From assembly GCF_006345805.1 (NCBI RefSeq), contig NC_043004.1, positions 91,760,001 through 91,824,000 on the forward strand: DNA of 64,000 nt, given 5' to 3'. Below the pieces are notes generated by a model. The model searched no databases. It saw only the letters and a program-made list of their open reading frames with translations, and was not told the DNA's origin. This stretch comes from Octopus sinensis. Taxonomy: Eukaryota. How positions within the stretch are numbered: the stretch's first letter is position 1; each line of letters begins with the position of its first letter. Positions 1-13,013 of the stretch are shown piece after piece. Made by a program: the position numbers and the translations under genes.

Positions 1-345
1 TAACCAAGAGATCTTTATAATACCAATATGCTGGAAGAACTAAAAATAATAATAATAATAACTGCATGATATGAAACTTTAAAAATACAAGCCAAATGCA
101 ATTCTTGGATATGTTGATTTTCTGTTAGTTTTATGACACCGAGCTCTAAATTAGATATTAACAGTAAGAGGTCACCTCACTTGCGTTATCAGCTCCGTTT
201 CTAGATTTTCTCAAGAGAAATTCTTCACTGAATTAGCTCCTGATCAACTATTTTGAGGGAAATTGATTATAGGCGCAGGAGTGGCTGTGTGGTAACTAGC
301 TTTGCTTCCCATGAGACTTCCCATGGTTCTTTGTTGTCGGTGTAC

Positions 346-1900
346 GCACGTGCTATTGTGTTGTAACCGAAGAAGTCACGTCGTTCGTGAAAAATTGAAC
401 TTTTGAGACTCGACTACAGGTAGGCGTTTGTTGAATTTTTTTGAGGGCTTAGTGAAGTTTGTTGCCCTGTATTGAATAGTTTTTTTGGCGAGCAGCAGAC
501 ATTTGCCTGCCTGTGGTCGTGCATAAAGACTCACTTTGCAGTGAGAATTGTATTTTTTGAGGAGACGTAGCCCCTCCGCAAAAATTAATTTGTTTACGAA
601 AATTGTCTTCGTGTCAGTGAATTTCCACTGGATTACCAAGGAGTACCAAGGCAGGAAGGACTATTTTTGCAGCTGAAGTGAGTACCCGTACCGGAGTTGT
701 GGAATTGTGTTGCCGTTGATTAAACTGTCTTCCTTCGTTCCTTTTCTCTCCTCTGTCTTTCCATTCTCTTTTGTGTTTATTACTGGATTTTTATTTAGAA
801 CATTTGAACTTTTCTTGAACTCGCTTTTTCCTTTTTTCGTGTTAGAAAATCATGGCAACAAAGAAAGCCACTGTGGGAAATTGGAGTGGGAAATTGTGCC
901 CCCCCCCCTCACAAGCAGTGGTTAGAGGACCGTAATGTGAGAATGGTGGTGTTGAGGACGTACTCCAAGTCCCTTGACACCATCATTGTGTTCTCTCAGG
1001 CCGAAATTGAAAAAGAGTTGGCAGAATACCTGCCAACTATCAGGTATATTGCAAGGGGTGTCAAATTTGCAACAGTGTGGTTGCTGTTTGACACCCCTAA
1101 AGAGGCTAGCATGCTCGCTAGTCGGCCCCTGGAAGGGGAAATGATTTTGTTCCTCCCCACATATCGTGGAAGGAAATTGACAAGAGCCTGGGTGAGTGGG
1201 CTGCCACCCGGTATAGAGCCTGAGTGGATAGAGGATACTATCCGCCGGGGTTTTCAGTGACAGCGGAGCCAGGCTCTTGAATGTTAGAATGCTTCCTGTG
1301 ACTGATTGGGAGGGGTCGAAAGCGATTTTGACTCTCTGGTCTTCTCAGATTTTTTAAAGATGGCTGGTTTTAGGTATCCGGTGACTCTTGAGGGACGCCC
1401 CCCCCAGTGTCACCTGTGCCTGGAATCGGGTCATATCTAGAAAAACTGTCGCCGGGACCAGGCAAAGGTCCTGGAGCAGTTAATCGAAGAGGTGTCCCCT
1501 GTTCCCCCAGTGGAGGAAAAGTTGAGGAGGAGGTAACCTCCTCAAAAAAGGGAAGAAGAGGAAAAAGGGGGACAACAATGGTTGCCCACCCATGGATCCT
1601 GAGACGGCGGGGGTGAGAGAGGGTTCTCCGGAGATGTCGGAGGAACTCTACCCTCCCGTCGTAAAAGGAAAAAAAAAAAAGAAAAACGGGGCATTGCCGG
1701 TGACGGCATGTCCCGAAGTCCCTTCAGTGGGGTGTGTGCCACCGAGTGAGGGAGTTGAGGCCCCTACTAGTGAAGGTAGTGATGAATGTATGTTCTGCTA
1801 TCTCAAGGGAGGGGCCATCGACAGTTTTGTCGAGAATAAGATGGACAGTCGGATCCTAAGGGAACCGAATTGCATTGACAGCTCAGAGTGGCCTTCGCAG
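346..1900 (+). mobile_element. 5' part of an L1/Tx1-like LINE, degraded gag-like ORF1
   Basis: ORF 886-1260 plus zinc knuckle CHLCLESGHI*KNC (CX2CX4HX4C) at 1408-1449, followed by a basic/acidic low-complexity tail; contains stops and frameshifts. Confidence 0.65.
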
Positions 1901-2275
1901 GTGGCTGCTCTGGTACTGGAAAGAAAACAGTGCAATATGATAATTGACTCGTGTGGAGGCGAGATTTTCATTATTCTCCAGTGGGACTCCCGATTTCGGT
2001 AGAAACAGTGCCTGCAAGTTGCACGAGATTTGCTGGCCGAGGAAGTGTAGAGGTTTATTGCCTCTAATTGGCGTATAGACTGTATTGTGATTGCATGGAC
2101 TTTTGGTCCAAGAAATTGTATTTTTGTAAGAGGGTCTCCATGTCGCACTCATATGATTGTGATGCATGTACTTGGTGTATCCTTATTAGACGGGTAGTCA
2201 TGATGAATATATTGGGCTTCGTATATTTGTACCCCAGTGTCATTTTGATGACATGAGCTGCTCTCTCACTGAGTA
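1900..2275 (-). repeat. unclassified interspersed repeat (gagtgagagagcag...catcaaaatgacactggggta family)
   Basis: The same terminal motif recurs at 19986-20112; flanked by (AGT)n/(TAT)n. Confidence 0.55.
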
Positions 2276-2699
2276 GTAGTAGTAGTAGTAGTAGTAGTCG
2301 TCGTCGTCGTCGTAGTAGTAGTAGTAGTAGTAGTAGTATGCAGTCCCGGGCAGTGGCTTCTAATATCAAATGATTCGAAGTTTTGCCTTAGTGTAAAAGA
2401 TGGGCTACTGCAAATATTCTGCTCAGTACAACAGATTTGCATATCAGTTACTTGACCTTAACCAGTTGAGCATGTTCCTTAGTGGTTGACGATATGTACA
2501 TCTCTGATCACGAGCAGAAGTAGTGGGAGGGCATCATAGCCATGGGTTGAGAGGGATTCTTTGAGGTTTTAATAATTCACCTCTGGAAACATGGGTGTTT
2601 CGTTCATCATCCTTAAATAATACTTATGACCAATAAAAAAATCTGACAAATGTTGATGTCATTAGATATCTTAACCAATTATAACATAATCCGTTCTAC

Positions 2700-3205
2700 T
2701 ATAATCACAAGGCCTGAAATTTTGGGGGTGGGGGCCAGTTGAGTAGATCGGCCCAGTACACAGCTGGTACTTAATTTAACGACCCTGAAAGGATGAAAGG
2801 CAAAGTCGACCTCGGCAAAGGGGCTTCACACAGAGGGGACAAACAAGGACAGATAGACGGATTATGTTGATTATATCGACCCCAGTGCGTAACTGGTACT
2901 TAATTTATCGACCCCGAAAGGATGAAAGGCAAAGTCGACCTCGGCGGAGTTTGAACTCAGAACGTAGCGGCAGACGAAATACTTATTTCTTTACTACCCA
3001 CAAGAGGCTAAACACAGAGGGGACAAACAAGGACAGACAAAGGAATTAAGTCGATTAGATCGACCCCAGTGCGTAACTGGTACTTATTTAATCGACCCCG
3101 AAAGGATGAAAGGCAAAGTCGACCTCGGCGGAATTTGAACTCAGAACGTAACGGCAGACGAAATACGGCTATGCATTTCGCCCGGCGTGCTAACGATTCT
3201 GCTGG
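2700..3205 (-). mobile_element. SINE family A (tRNA-derived), 3 tandem/partial copies
   Basis: Reverse complement of the family A consensus (GGCAGAAACGTTAGC...GAGTTCAAATTCCGCCGAGGTCGACTTTGCCTTTCATCCTTTCGGGGTCGAT...). Confidence 0.85.
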
Positions 3206-3789
3206 TTTGTCACTTTTCAATTATAACATAATGCAAAAAGAATTTTGGCCGAATCAGGTCAAAATGACGAACCTTATAAGGTAGTGGAGTAAATTCTTAT
3301 TGAAAGTAGGGAGTAAGGTTGCGCAATGAACTAAACTATGGTAGCCAAAGTAAAAATTAATTAAATATACTCGACGTGCTTTGCCTTGTACACACACTAG
3401 AACATTAGGTCCTTTTTTTTGTCGAACACTCTCTTGGTGAATCTCGAATCAGAAAATAATAATTTATTCTAATTCTTACAAGGTTAACCTATTTCATAAA
3501 CTAGCAAAGCATAAATAATTGTTGAACCAAAAGAAATAAATATGCTTTAATTTTTCTTTTCTTCAATGCACTGATTCGAGAGCATGAAAGGGTCAGGTTT
3601 CATTATTTATTTTTCTTTCTGTTCACGAAGGTCTGGCGATTAATGAGGTCATTCGCGATAAAAAATAAGTCTATGTTATAGGTTTAGTTACCAGACCACG
3701 CTAAACACTGTTGAACACTCCTCATATTTTTCAGTCTTGTGTTTTTCCAGTTCAAGTGTGCCGGTACCTTCAAGTCCTTAACAATGTAT

Positions 3790-4010
3790 TTCTTTACTGC
3801 CCACAAGGGGCTAAACATAGAGGGGACAAACAAGGACAGACAAACGGGTTAAGTCGATTACATCGACCCCAGTGCGTAACTGGTACTTTATTTATCAATC
3901 CCAAAAGGATGAAAGGCAAAGTCGACCTCGGCGGAATTTGAACTCAGAACGTAACGACAGACGAAATACGACTACGCATTTCGCCCGGCGTGCTAACGTT
4001 TCTGCCAGCT
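3790..4010 (-). mobile_element. SINE family A copy
   Basis: Full match to the family A consensus. Confidence 0.85.
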
Positions 4011-4201
4011 GTCCTTGAGAATGGTTAGTTTGGAGTATGAGGGACTTTGGAAGTAGTGAGAGCTATGTTCATTATTTCCAGTAGGCGTGGGATATCGCTT
4101 GTTTATAGATGGATACACATTGTCCATCCTGGTTGGTATCCGTCTCAAGAAGGATAGCATAGTTAGATGATGAGTGCAAAAAGAAATGCACAATGCACTA
4201 T

Positions 4202-4536
4202 GCACGTGCTATTGTGTTGTAACCGAAGAAGTCACGTCGTTCGTGAAAAATCGAACTTTTGAGGCTCGACTACAGGTAGGCGTTAGTTGTATTTTTTTTG
4301 AGGGCTTAGTGGAGTCTGTTGCCCTGTATTGAATAGTTTTTTTGGCGAGCAGCAGTCTCCACTCTGCTCCAGACATTTGCCTGCTTGTGGTCGTGCATAA
4401 AGAGTCACTTTGCAGTGAGAATTGTATTTTTTGAGGAGGCATAACCCCTCCGCAAAAATTAATTTGTTTACGAAAATTGTCTTCGTGTCTGTGAATTTCC
4501 ACTGGATTACCAAGGAGTACCAAGGCAGGAAGGACT
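4202..4536 (+). repeat. second direct copy of 346-662 (5' leader of the element)
   Basis: Near-identical from gcacgtgctattgtgttgtaacc to ggcaggaaggact, with a short extra segment near 4352-4370. Confidence 0.85.
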
Positions 4537-4707
4537 TGGTGTGAGAAAGTAAGAACGAAACTGAAAGGGAAGAACATCTAAAACAAATGGTAAAATTAAT
4601 CGCAGTAAGGTCAGGGTGGTTGCAACTGTCGCTGGTTTGGTGTAGTGACTGCATAGACGAAAAGAAACCAGAAATACCTGTCAAAATTCGTTCGTTTCTG
4701 TGAGCTT

Positions 4708-4927
4708 GGCAGAAACGTTAGCACACCGGGCAAAATGCGTAGCCGTATTTCGTCTGCCGTTACGTTCTGAATTCAAATTCCGCCGAGGTCGACTTTGCCC
4801 TTCATCCTTTCGGGGTCGATAAATAAAGTACCAGTTTCGCACTGGGGTCGATGTAATCGACTTAATCCCTTTGTCTGTCCCTGTTTGTCCCCTCTATGTT
4901 TAGCCCCTTGTGGGTAGTAAAGAAATA
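4708..4927 (+). mobile_element. SINE family A copy
   Basis: TGGCAGAAACGTTAGC A-box-like and GAATTCAAATTCC B-box-like head, followed by the family body. Confidence 0.85.
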
Positions 4928-5084
4928 TATTCATTTGTTTTCGGTTTCATGTGTCGAAGAGGAGTGGAAGAGGAACGAGACGGGTGCACGCGCACCCGTG
5001 TATGTACGTGTCTATAAAAGACACGTGTGTGCTTGTGTGTGTGTGTATTTATGTATGTAGATGTATATGAAAGCTAATGGGTGT

Positions 5085-5125
<41 letters not shown>

Positions 5126-5209
5126 CGCAAGTTTGTTCTGTTTTATGTATTTGTATTCACTCACACACGCACACAAAGACACACGTACATATATATATAT
5201 ATATATACT

Positions 5210-5432
5210 CTTTACTCTCTATTTTACTCTTTTACTTGTTTCAGTCGTTTGACTGCGGCCATGCTGGAGCACCGCCTTTAATCGAGCAACTCGACCCCGG
5301 GACTTATTCTCTGTAAGCCCAGTATTTATTCTATCGGTCTCTTTTGCCGAACCGCTAAGTTACGGTGACATAAACAAACCAGCATCGGTTGTCAAGCAAT
5401 GCTAGGGGGACAAACAGAGACACACAAACACA

Positions 5433-5502
<70 letters not shown>

Positions 5503-5670
5503 TACGACGTGCTTCTTTCAGTTTCCGTCTACCAAATCACTCACAAAGCTTTGGTCGGCCCGAGGCTATAGTAGAAGACACTTGCCCAAAGTGCCACGCA
5601 GTGGGATTGAACCCGGAACCATGTGGTTGGTAAACAAGCTACTTACCACACAGCCACTCCTGCGCCTATA
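5210..5670 (-). mobile_element. SINE family B (GGCGCAGGAGTGGCTGTGTGGTAAG... head, internal TA/TG microsatellite)
   Basis: Matches + strand copies at 6745-7130, 8860-9257 and 28481-28900. Confidence 0.85.
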
Positions 5671-6155
5671 TATATATACTTCTTTCTTCTTCGCCGCCGG
5701 ATTTGTTTTATAATGATTTGTTTATAATGATCAAATGTTTGTTATTGAACATTAGCTCACACCTTCCATCAAATCGACATCGCCCGTGCAGTTGCATGAT
5801 GTGGCCACGCGTCAGATGTCGAAATGATTGCAGAAGAACGGGCGAATAACTAAATTATATTTCTCAAAAACACAATGCACTTCTTAGCCCGGTAATTGAA
5901 ACCATGACGCTAACCACTGGGCTAACATACATACACTTACGCCTGACAAGTAATAACAACAATCAAAAGGCTGACTGCGCTCTTTTTTAGTCTTCAATTA
6001 TATGCATTACACGCACACACACACGTACACACACACACACACACACACACATACACACACATACGCACACACGCACACACAAACACATAGAATTATGTAA
6101 CTACATGAATTAATTAGCCTAAGTTTTTAAAGCTTCAATATCAAGATTGAAAGGC

Positions 6156-6255
<100 letters not shown>

Positions 6256-6416
6256 GTTGTGTGTGTGACCGTGAGTGAGAGTGAAGTGTGGGAGAGAGAA
6301 AATTGAGATAAGCAGGGAGAGGATTCTAGAGAAGCAGGAGCGTGGAATGCAATAAATGCCAAGACGTTCCTTAGTGCGAAGGAACGTATCTCGGCAAATA
6401 AGATCTCATACGTATG

Positions 6417-6458
<42 letters not shown>

Positions 6459-6744
6459 CGTGCGCGCCTTTGTTGACAGTAGTAGCAATAGTGGTGGTGG
6501 TGGGAAGAAACATTCAAACGCCTGAAATTTCATATGTTGTTGCTGTTATTGCAAAGATTTATAGAACACATGCACACACGCGCGCACAAACACACACACA
6601 CACACACACATACATCCACACACACACACACCACACACACACACAGACACACACACATGCAACACATACCGCTCTAAGACATAAAGACATACGCGTATTT
6701 ATGTCAATGTTTGTGTCTGTGCGCTCGCGTTGTATATATATATA

Positions 6745-7130
6745 CGCAGGAGTGGCTGTGTGGTAAGTAGCTTGCTAACCAACCACATGGTTCCGGGTTC
6801 AGTCCCACTGCGTAGCAACTTGGGCAAGTGTCTTCTGCTATAGCCCCGGGCCGACCAATGCCTTGTGAGTAGATTTGGTAGACGGAAACTGAAAGAAGCC
6901 TGTTATATATATATGTATATATATGTATGTGTGTGTGCGTGTGTCTGTGTTTGTCTCCCTAGCATTGCTTGACAACCGATGCTGGTGTGTTTACGTCCCC
7001 GTCACTTAGCGGTTCGGCAAAAGAGACCGATAGAATAAGTACTGGGCCTACAAGTCCCGGGGTCGATTTGTTCGACTAAAGGCGGTGCTCCAGCATGGCC
7101 GCAGTCAAATGTCTGAAATAAGTAAAAAGA
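6745..7130 (+). mobile_element. SINE family B copy
   Basis: tRNA-like head (TGGCTGTGTGG...GGTTCAGTCCC), body, and ACAAGTAAAAGAG-like tail. Confidence 0.85.
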
Positions 7131-7170
7131 GTATTAAAAAAAAGAGTAATATATATATATATATATATAG

Positions 7171-7204
<34 letters not shown>

Positions 7205-7701
7205 GAATAAGGGTAGAAATTGATATTAATCAATTAAAACCAGTGGCCTAGCATATTAAAGAAATCCGAATATTAGAATATTTTTACATACAAAATTTAA
7301 AGGACTGACCACTAAAAGTGGACGGTCAATATGCTAGATATAGACGTCAAAAGCGCTATTTTCCACGAAGAATGTGTTTTCAAATAAAAACTCAGCACAA
7401 AACCAAAGTTGTGTGTGTGTGTGCGCATGTGTGTATGGGCGTGCGTGCGTGCCTTTATTGACAGTAGTAGCAATAGTGGTGGAAGTGGTAGAAACATTCA
7501 AACGCCTGAAATTTCAGCACAAAACCAAAGTTGGTTTTGTGCTGAGTTTTTATTGGAGAACGCATTCTTCGTGGAAAATAGCGATTTTGACGTCTATATC
7601 TAGCATATTGACCGTCCACTTTTAGTGGTCAGTCCTTAAATTTTATATGTAAATATATATATATATATTATATACACACACACATATATATATAATATAT
7701 A

Positions 7702-7802
<101 letters not shown>

Positions 7803-8169
7803 GAAAAATACAAACTGGGACAAGAACGTAAAACATTTAGAAGACACTACAAAAACACGGACGGGACATTCGAAGCCTTCAATCTTCAGTCAAGAACCGG
7901 ATCATCCTCGCAATTTCGGCTGATTAATCTTGTATATATATATATTATGTGTGTGTGTGTGTGTGCATGCATGAGTTAAGAGGGATATATTATCCGGGCG
8001 GATACCGTGTTGGCTCTCAGGTTTCAAATGCCGGCTAACCACAACGGTCAGTATCCAATGTTTGTGTCAGCAAATATATGTAGTCACTCCATGAGTTCAT
8101 CCGTTGAGTAATTCCATGTGTCCTACACTGGACTGTAAAGGTTCCCTGGATTATACATTAGCGTTAATA

Positions 8170-8174
8170 ACAAC

Positions 8175-8207
<33 letters not shown>

Positions 8208-8219
8208 TATAATAAAAAC

Positions 8220-8251
<32 letters not shown>

Positions 8252-8430
8252 CAATAATAATAATAATAATAACAATAATAATAATAATAATAAAAACAAT
8301 AATAATAATAATGATAATAATAAAAACAATAATAATAATAAAATAATAATAATAAAAACAATAATAATAATAAAAACAATAATAATAATAATAATAATAA
8401 TAAAAACAATAATGATAATAATTATAATAA
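8170..8430. repeat. (AAT)n microsatellite with periodic AAAAC interruptions
   Basis: Direct reading; source of the poly-I/poly-Y ORFs. Confidence 0.95.
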
Positions 8431-8859
8431 TTTTTCAACTAGCAATAACCACGCCTCGGATTTACCTCATTGGCTATGGTACCGCCTCTGCGCAAATCTT
8501 TTCTACTCTAGGCACAAGGCCCGAAGATTTTGGGGGAGGGGGCCAGTCGATTACATCGACCCCAGTACGCAACTGGTACTTAATTTATCGACCCCGAAAG
8601 GAGGAAAGGCAAAGTCGACTTCGGTGGAATAAGTATGGAGACTTGTACATGGACGAAATTTAATTTTCAGTTATATACAGCATATTGCAGTGACCTATAC
8701 GTGTTCCTGCAGAAGACGAAATGGTCAGACCCTGATGAAACTGCGCCAGCAATATTGCAAAGTTGCATCTACAATAGTGTGTAGTCACTGTAGTGGAAAT
8801 TTTTTTGTGAATGTGCAAGTCTCTATACTTCTTGTTATTATTAATACTTATACATACAT

Positions 8860-9022
8860 AAGGAGTGGCTGTGTGGTAAGTAGCTTGTTTACCAACCGCA
8901 TGGTTCCGGGGTTCAGTCCCACTGCGTGGCACCTTGGGCAAGTGTCTTCTACTATAGCCTCGGGCCGACCAAAGCCTTGTGAGTGGATTTGGTAGACGGA
9001 AACTGAAAAGAAGCCCGTCGTA

Positions 9023-9061
<39 letters not shown>

Positions 9062-9257
9062 GTGTGTTTGTCCCCCTAGCATTACTTGACAACCGATGCT
9101 GGTGTGTTTATGTCCCCGTTACTTAGCGGTTCGGCAAAGGAGATCGATAGAATAAGTACTGGGCTTACAAAAGAATAAGTCCCGTGGTCGAGTTGCTCGA
9201 TTAAAGGCGGTGTCCCAGCATGGCTGCAGTCAAATGACTGAAACAAGTAAAAGAGTA
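8860..9257 (+). mobile_element. SINE family B copy
   Basis: Same consensus as 6745-7130. Confidence 0.85.
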
Positions 9258-9362
9258 TACATACATGCATACATGCATACATACATACATACATGCATGC
9301 ATACATACATACATACATACATACATGCATACATACATACATACATACATGCATGCATACAT

Positions 9363-9393
<31 letters not shown>

Positions 9394-9710
9394 TACACAC
9401 ATACACACATACATACACACATACATACACACATACATACATACAGACAGACATTCATACATACATACATACAGACAGACAGACATTCATACATACATAC
9501 ATACATACATACATGCATACATACATACATACATACATACACACACACATACATACATACATACATACACACATACACACATACATACACACATGCATAC
9601 ACACATACATACATACATACATACACACACACATACATATATATACACATACATGCATACACACACATACATACATACATACATACATACATACATACAT
9701 ACATACATGT
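9255..9710. repeat. (CATA)n compound microsatellite
   Basis: Direct reading; source of the HTYI/MYVC ORFs. Confidence 0.95.
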
Positions 9711-10056
9711 GTGTGCATTTATTTATGTATGTACGTATGTATATATATTTGTGTATGTGTGTGTGTGTGTGACATTAGGAGTTACAGCACACACAGAAAT
9801 AGAGAAACAAATAATAAACAGATAAGTAGAATCTCCAATAGCAGGGCAGTCCACTAAGGGTAATCCGGGGAAAGTTCCACACAAAAAATCTCGGATTACT
9901 CTGCCATTTCCAAGGCATAGGAAAGTGCCCACTTTCAGTTTCTTTCCTTCTGCTAAGAAAAGCATATTCAGAGTAGATCCATTCTGTCTCACCAGCCTTG
10001 CCACTGTCGACCACCTTTTGATAAACATACTAGAACGCAGTACTTCACTCTCTACA

Positions 10057-12316
10057 TGTTATATCCTTACGGATAAACGAATACACTCCAATAGTATAAT
10101 TACAATATAATCGAAATAAACGGTAGTAGTCACACGTAATGTAACAACAATCTTTTAAGAACCAACAATCTAACACGCTAGCTCGAACTGTGAGCTTTGA
10201 ACTGTCTTCCCTTCCTTGGATCTCTCCTTTTCCTATGTTTCTGACGAAGAGCTCCGCTCGAAACGTTAAATCCTCCTTCTTTCTTTACCCTTCCTGAGCG
10301 TCCAATAACACTATACTTGTTCCACGCCCTCACGTTGTGTTTTCTCTTTGTGTTTTCATGTTTGGATTAACTTTATATACCGCACGCTCACACGGACCCA
10401 GGCCTTCTGACTGACTTGGATAACCAGTTCCTGGATTTTTACACCTACGGATTACTGTTACCATTCATCCGGAGTACGCCACTGTAATTGTGTTTATATA
10501 TATATATATATATATTGGTATCTCTTTCGCTTAGGCATTATCTCAAGGTGTTCGGTCTGCTTTCTTTTTCTCATGCTGGTTCTACGAGACTCTATTGGTA
10601 CTGGTACATTGAATATGTCACAGAATACTTCCATAGGAATTTCTTCCTGATCTTGAGTATACCCCTTTCTCAGTTAGTTTATATGTATCTTATGCTCACC
10701 GTGTGACCCTTTAATTAGATACATAATACTTTCAATTTTTCTGGTAACAAGGCCATCTTCTCAGCCTTGATTACCGTTTCTATAGGTTTTTGAAATGCAC
10801 TTTATCACGTCTCTCGACGTATTTCGTTGGATCTTTCGTATTTCCTTTCCGACTTTTTTTCTCTGGTAATAGCTTATCAAAAATGGATTTTATTCTTCTT
10901 GCAAACATCAATTCTGCGGGAGACTTCCCTGAATTTGTACTTGGATTGGGGGTCACTCTGTATATTCTTAAGAAATTTATCAATGCTTCGTCGTTCCTTA
11001 ATTCATTCCTTGCATTTTTAAACGCTCTCTTAAAGGTGTCCACAAATCTTTCTACCTGCCCATTTGACTTCGAGTAGCAGGGCGGAGAGTAAAATATACT
11101 TCATCGAATGCCTTTTACAGAAGTTCTTGAATTCATTCCCACAGAACTGCGTCCCGGTGTCTGAAACTAACCTGTCAGGGACATTGAATCACGCAAACAA
11201 TTCGCATAAGAAATTTATAGTTGTCTTAGAGGTTGGCCTATAACACTTGAAAACCCACGGCCACTTAGTACAGATATCGCTTCTCCGTCTCTGGCTACGA
11301 TTGATATTTTACCGGCGAGGCTTTGGCCGCGATTGCGCAACCTCGACACGTTCTCACCAATTTTTCGAATGAATTTCTGTCACAAAAAAATTTGAAAGCA
11401 GTTTATCGGTTTCTTGGAAACCAACCTCTCTGACTTTTTAGGCAGAATAAAGTTACAGTAACGCTCATGTTCGGCAGGAACTATCTTGCGTGGTAAAAGC
11501 CTTACTTTCTGCTTCTCCGACCATGACTTGCACTCGTTGTTAAAAATTTCCTTGTATCTTCTATAATACGCGGGAAACGTAATACCCTCCTCCGGATTAT
11601 ACGTGAATTCAGAAATTGCGTTAGCCACGCCGTCTGGCGCAAACGAGCTTACTGGATTTTCGGACTTGATCGACTATAACTCAATTAATTGTTATTGGTA
11701 CTGTATTTGTTTTTGCAACTCTGATGCTTCTTCTTGAAGCTGTACTACTGCGGCTAATAGGTTTTCCATGACGCAGAAATTGTTAAATAACCAATGTGAG
11801 TTTCGAACGATCTTCATCGCCAGGTGATATATCCTTATGGATAAACGAATACACCACAACAGTGTAATTACAATATAATCGAAACAAACGGCAGTAACCA
11901 CACGTAGCATAACAACAATCTTTTAAGAACCAACAAGCCAATACGCTTACTCGAACTGTGAACTTTGAACTCCAGCTTTGAACTATCAACACACGAACTG
12001 TGGACTAGCACTATGAGTTTACTGAAACCACAAGGGTTAAATACAGATAAGACAATACAAGGGACAACTGGTGACGGGGACTTATCGAATGATAAAATAT
12101 GAATAGATATATTATAATTTCGGATGAGAAATGAAAAACAACAAATGAATGGACGTGGAATGGGTTCGACCCCACCAACCACATTCTTGCGTTGAACCGT
12201 TTATTTTGTCCGTTTTTAAACTCCGCCTAATTTGGTACTTACATACCCAACATTCGGGCTACTTTCTTCCATCTTCTTTCGCACTTTTTTACCGTCAGGT
12301 ATTTCTTCTCCCGACA
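10057..12316 (-). mobile_element. Ty3/Gypsy (Mag-like) LTR retrotransposon remnant: LTR 11825-12316, gag 11380-11700, integrase 10780-11370, partial second LTR 10057-10200
   Basis: Minus strand: LTR starts TGTCGGGAG and ends TATATCA; PBS-like TGGCGATGAAG. Gag FTYNPEEGITFPAYYRRY..IF; integrase LVSDTGTQF...SNGQVERFVDTFK...SPAELMFARRI. 10057-10200 matches 11825-11970. Confidence 0.85.
10237..10271 (+). ncRNA. minimal type I hammerhead ribozyme motif in a Penelope-like terminal repeat (10205-10375)
   Basis: GTTT-CTGACGA-A-GAGC-TCC-GCTC-GAAA-CGT-T-AAAT: intact core, 4-bp stem II, palindromic ACGT stem III, predicted GUU cleavage site. Confidence 0.7.
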
Positions 12317-12339
12317 TGCTTTCCCTCTTATGTGATATA

Positions 12340-12735
12340 AAAAGAGTTTAACCAAAGCAGACGAAGTTGCCTGATGCGATACCTCTTCCACGCGTCTTCC
12401 ACATCACCTCTTTCGCTATAGCCATTACGGCTAGAAAACAGAATTTCTCTTCTCCTTTTAGAGGAGACTGCGGAACGATCTTAATGATCGATTCGGCTGA
12501 CAGCTGTACTCTCCCCAGCTGTGACAGAGAAGTACGAGCGCCTGTCGACACTCTACTTGCCAAGCTCTTGGCCTTGGTCTGTGCCTGATGCAGCTTTCCA
12601 GTTCACCAAAAGAGGTGAACCTGGAAAATATCTCGTCAACGAACGGAGACCACAACCGCTCACCGTCCTGATAGAGCCAGAGATGCCTCAACCTCAGCGC
12701 ATGCCTGCGCATCTTTAGCCACGGCATCCACAAAC
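12340..12735 (-). mobile_element. L1/Tx1-like LINE C-terminal fragment
   Basis: QLSAESIIKIVP...AKEVMWKTR is homologous to 45662-45949. Confidence 0.7.
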
Positions 12736-13013
12736 GTACGGCTGTTGCCGACTAAACTAGCAATCTCACACCGTGCTCTGTGAGGACGGTGTTTGTTCTT
12801 GCTATTTGTCACCCTGCAGGATTTAAAAGACCTTTCTAAGGGCAGATGAACTCTGAGGAGCATCAGCCATCTACATAGTATTTCTTTGTTAGAAGTGCTG
12901 TCGATGAAGCCATTGACCCTTACAACAGCAGTAATGATAATAAATGCCCGAGAACAAAATAGCAGAGAATGTCGTCATGAGGATAATTCTACTACAGAGA
13001 GAAGAGGGTCTCT

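Noticed and set aside
346-4536. LTR pair enclosing a retrotransposon
   Set aside because: No TG...CA ends, PBS or TSD seen; the interior is LINE ORF1 plus unrelated SINEs.
7860-7930. CTGAAGA...CGAA motif on the minus strand
   Set aside because: No GAAA core and no convincing stem II.
10052-12321. TSD for the Gypsy element
   Set aside because: The flanks CTACA and TGCTT do not match, so the two LTR pieces may not mark a single clean insertion.
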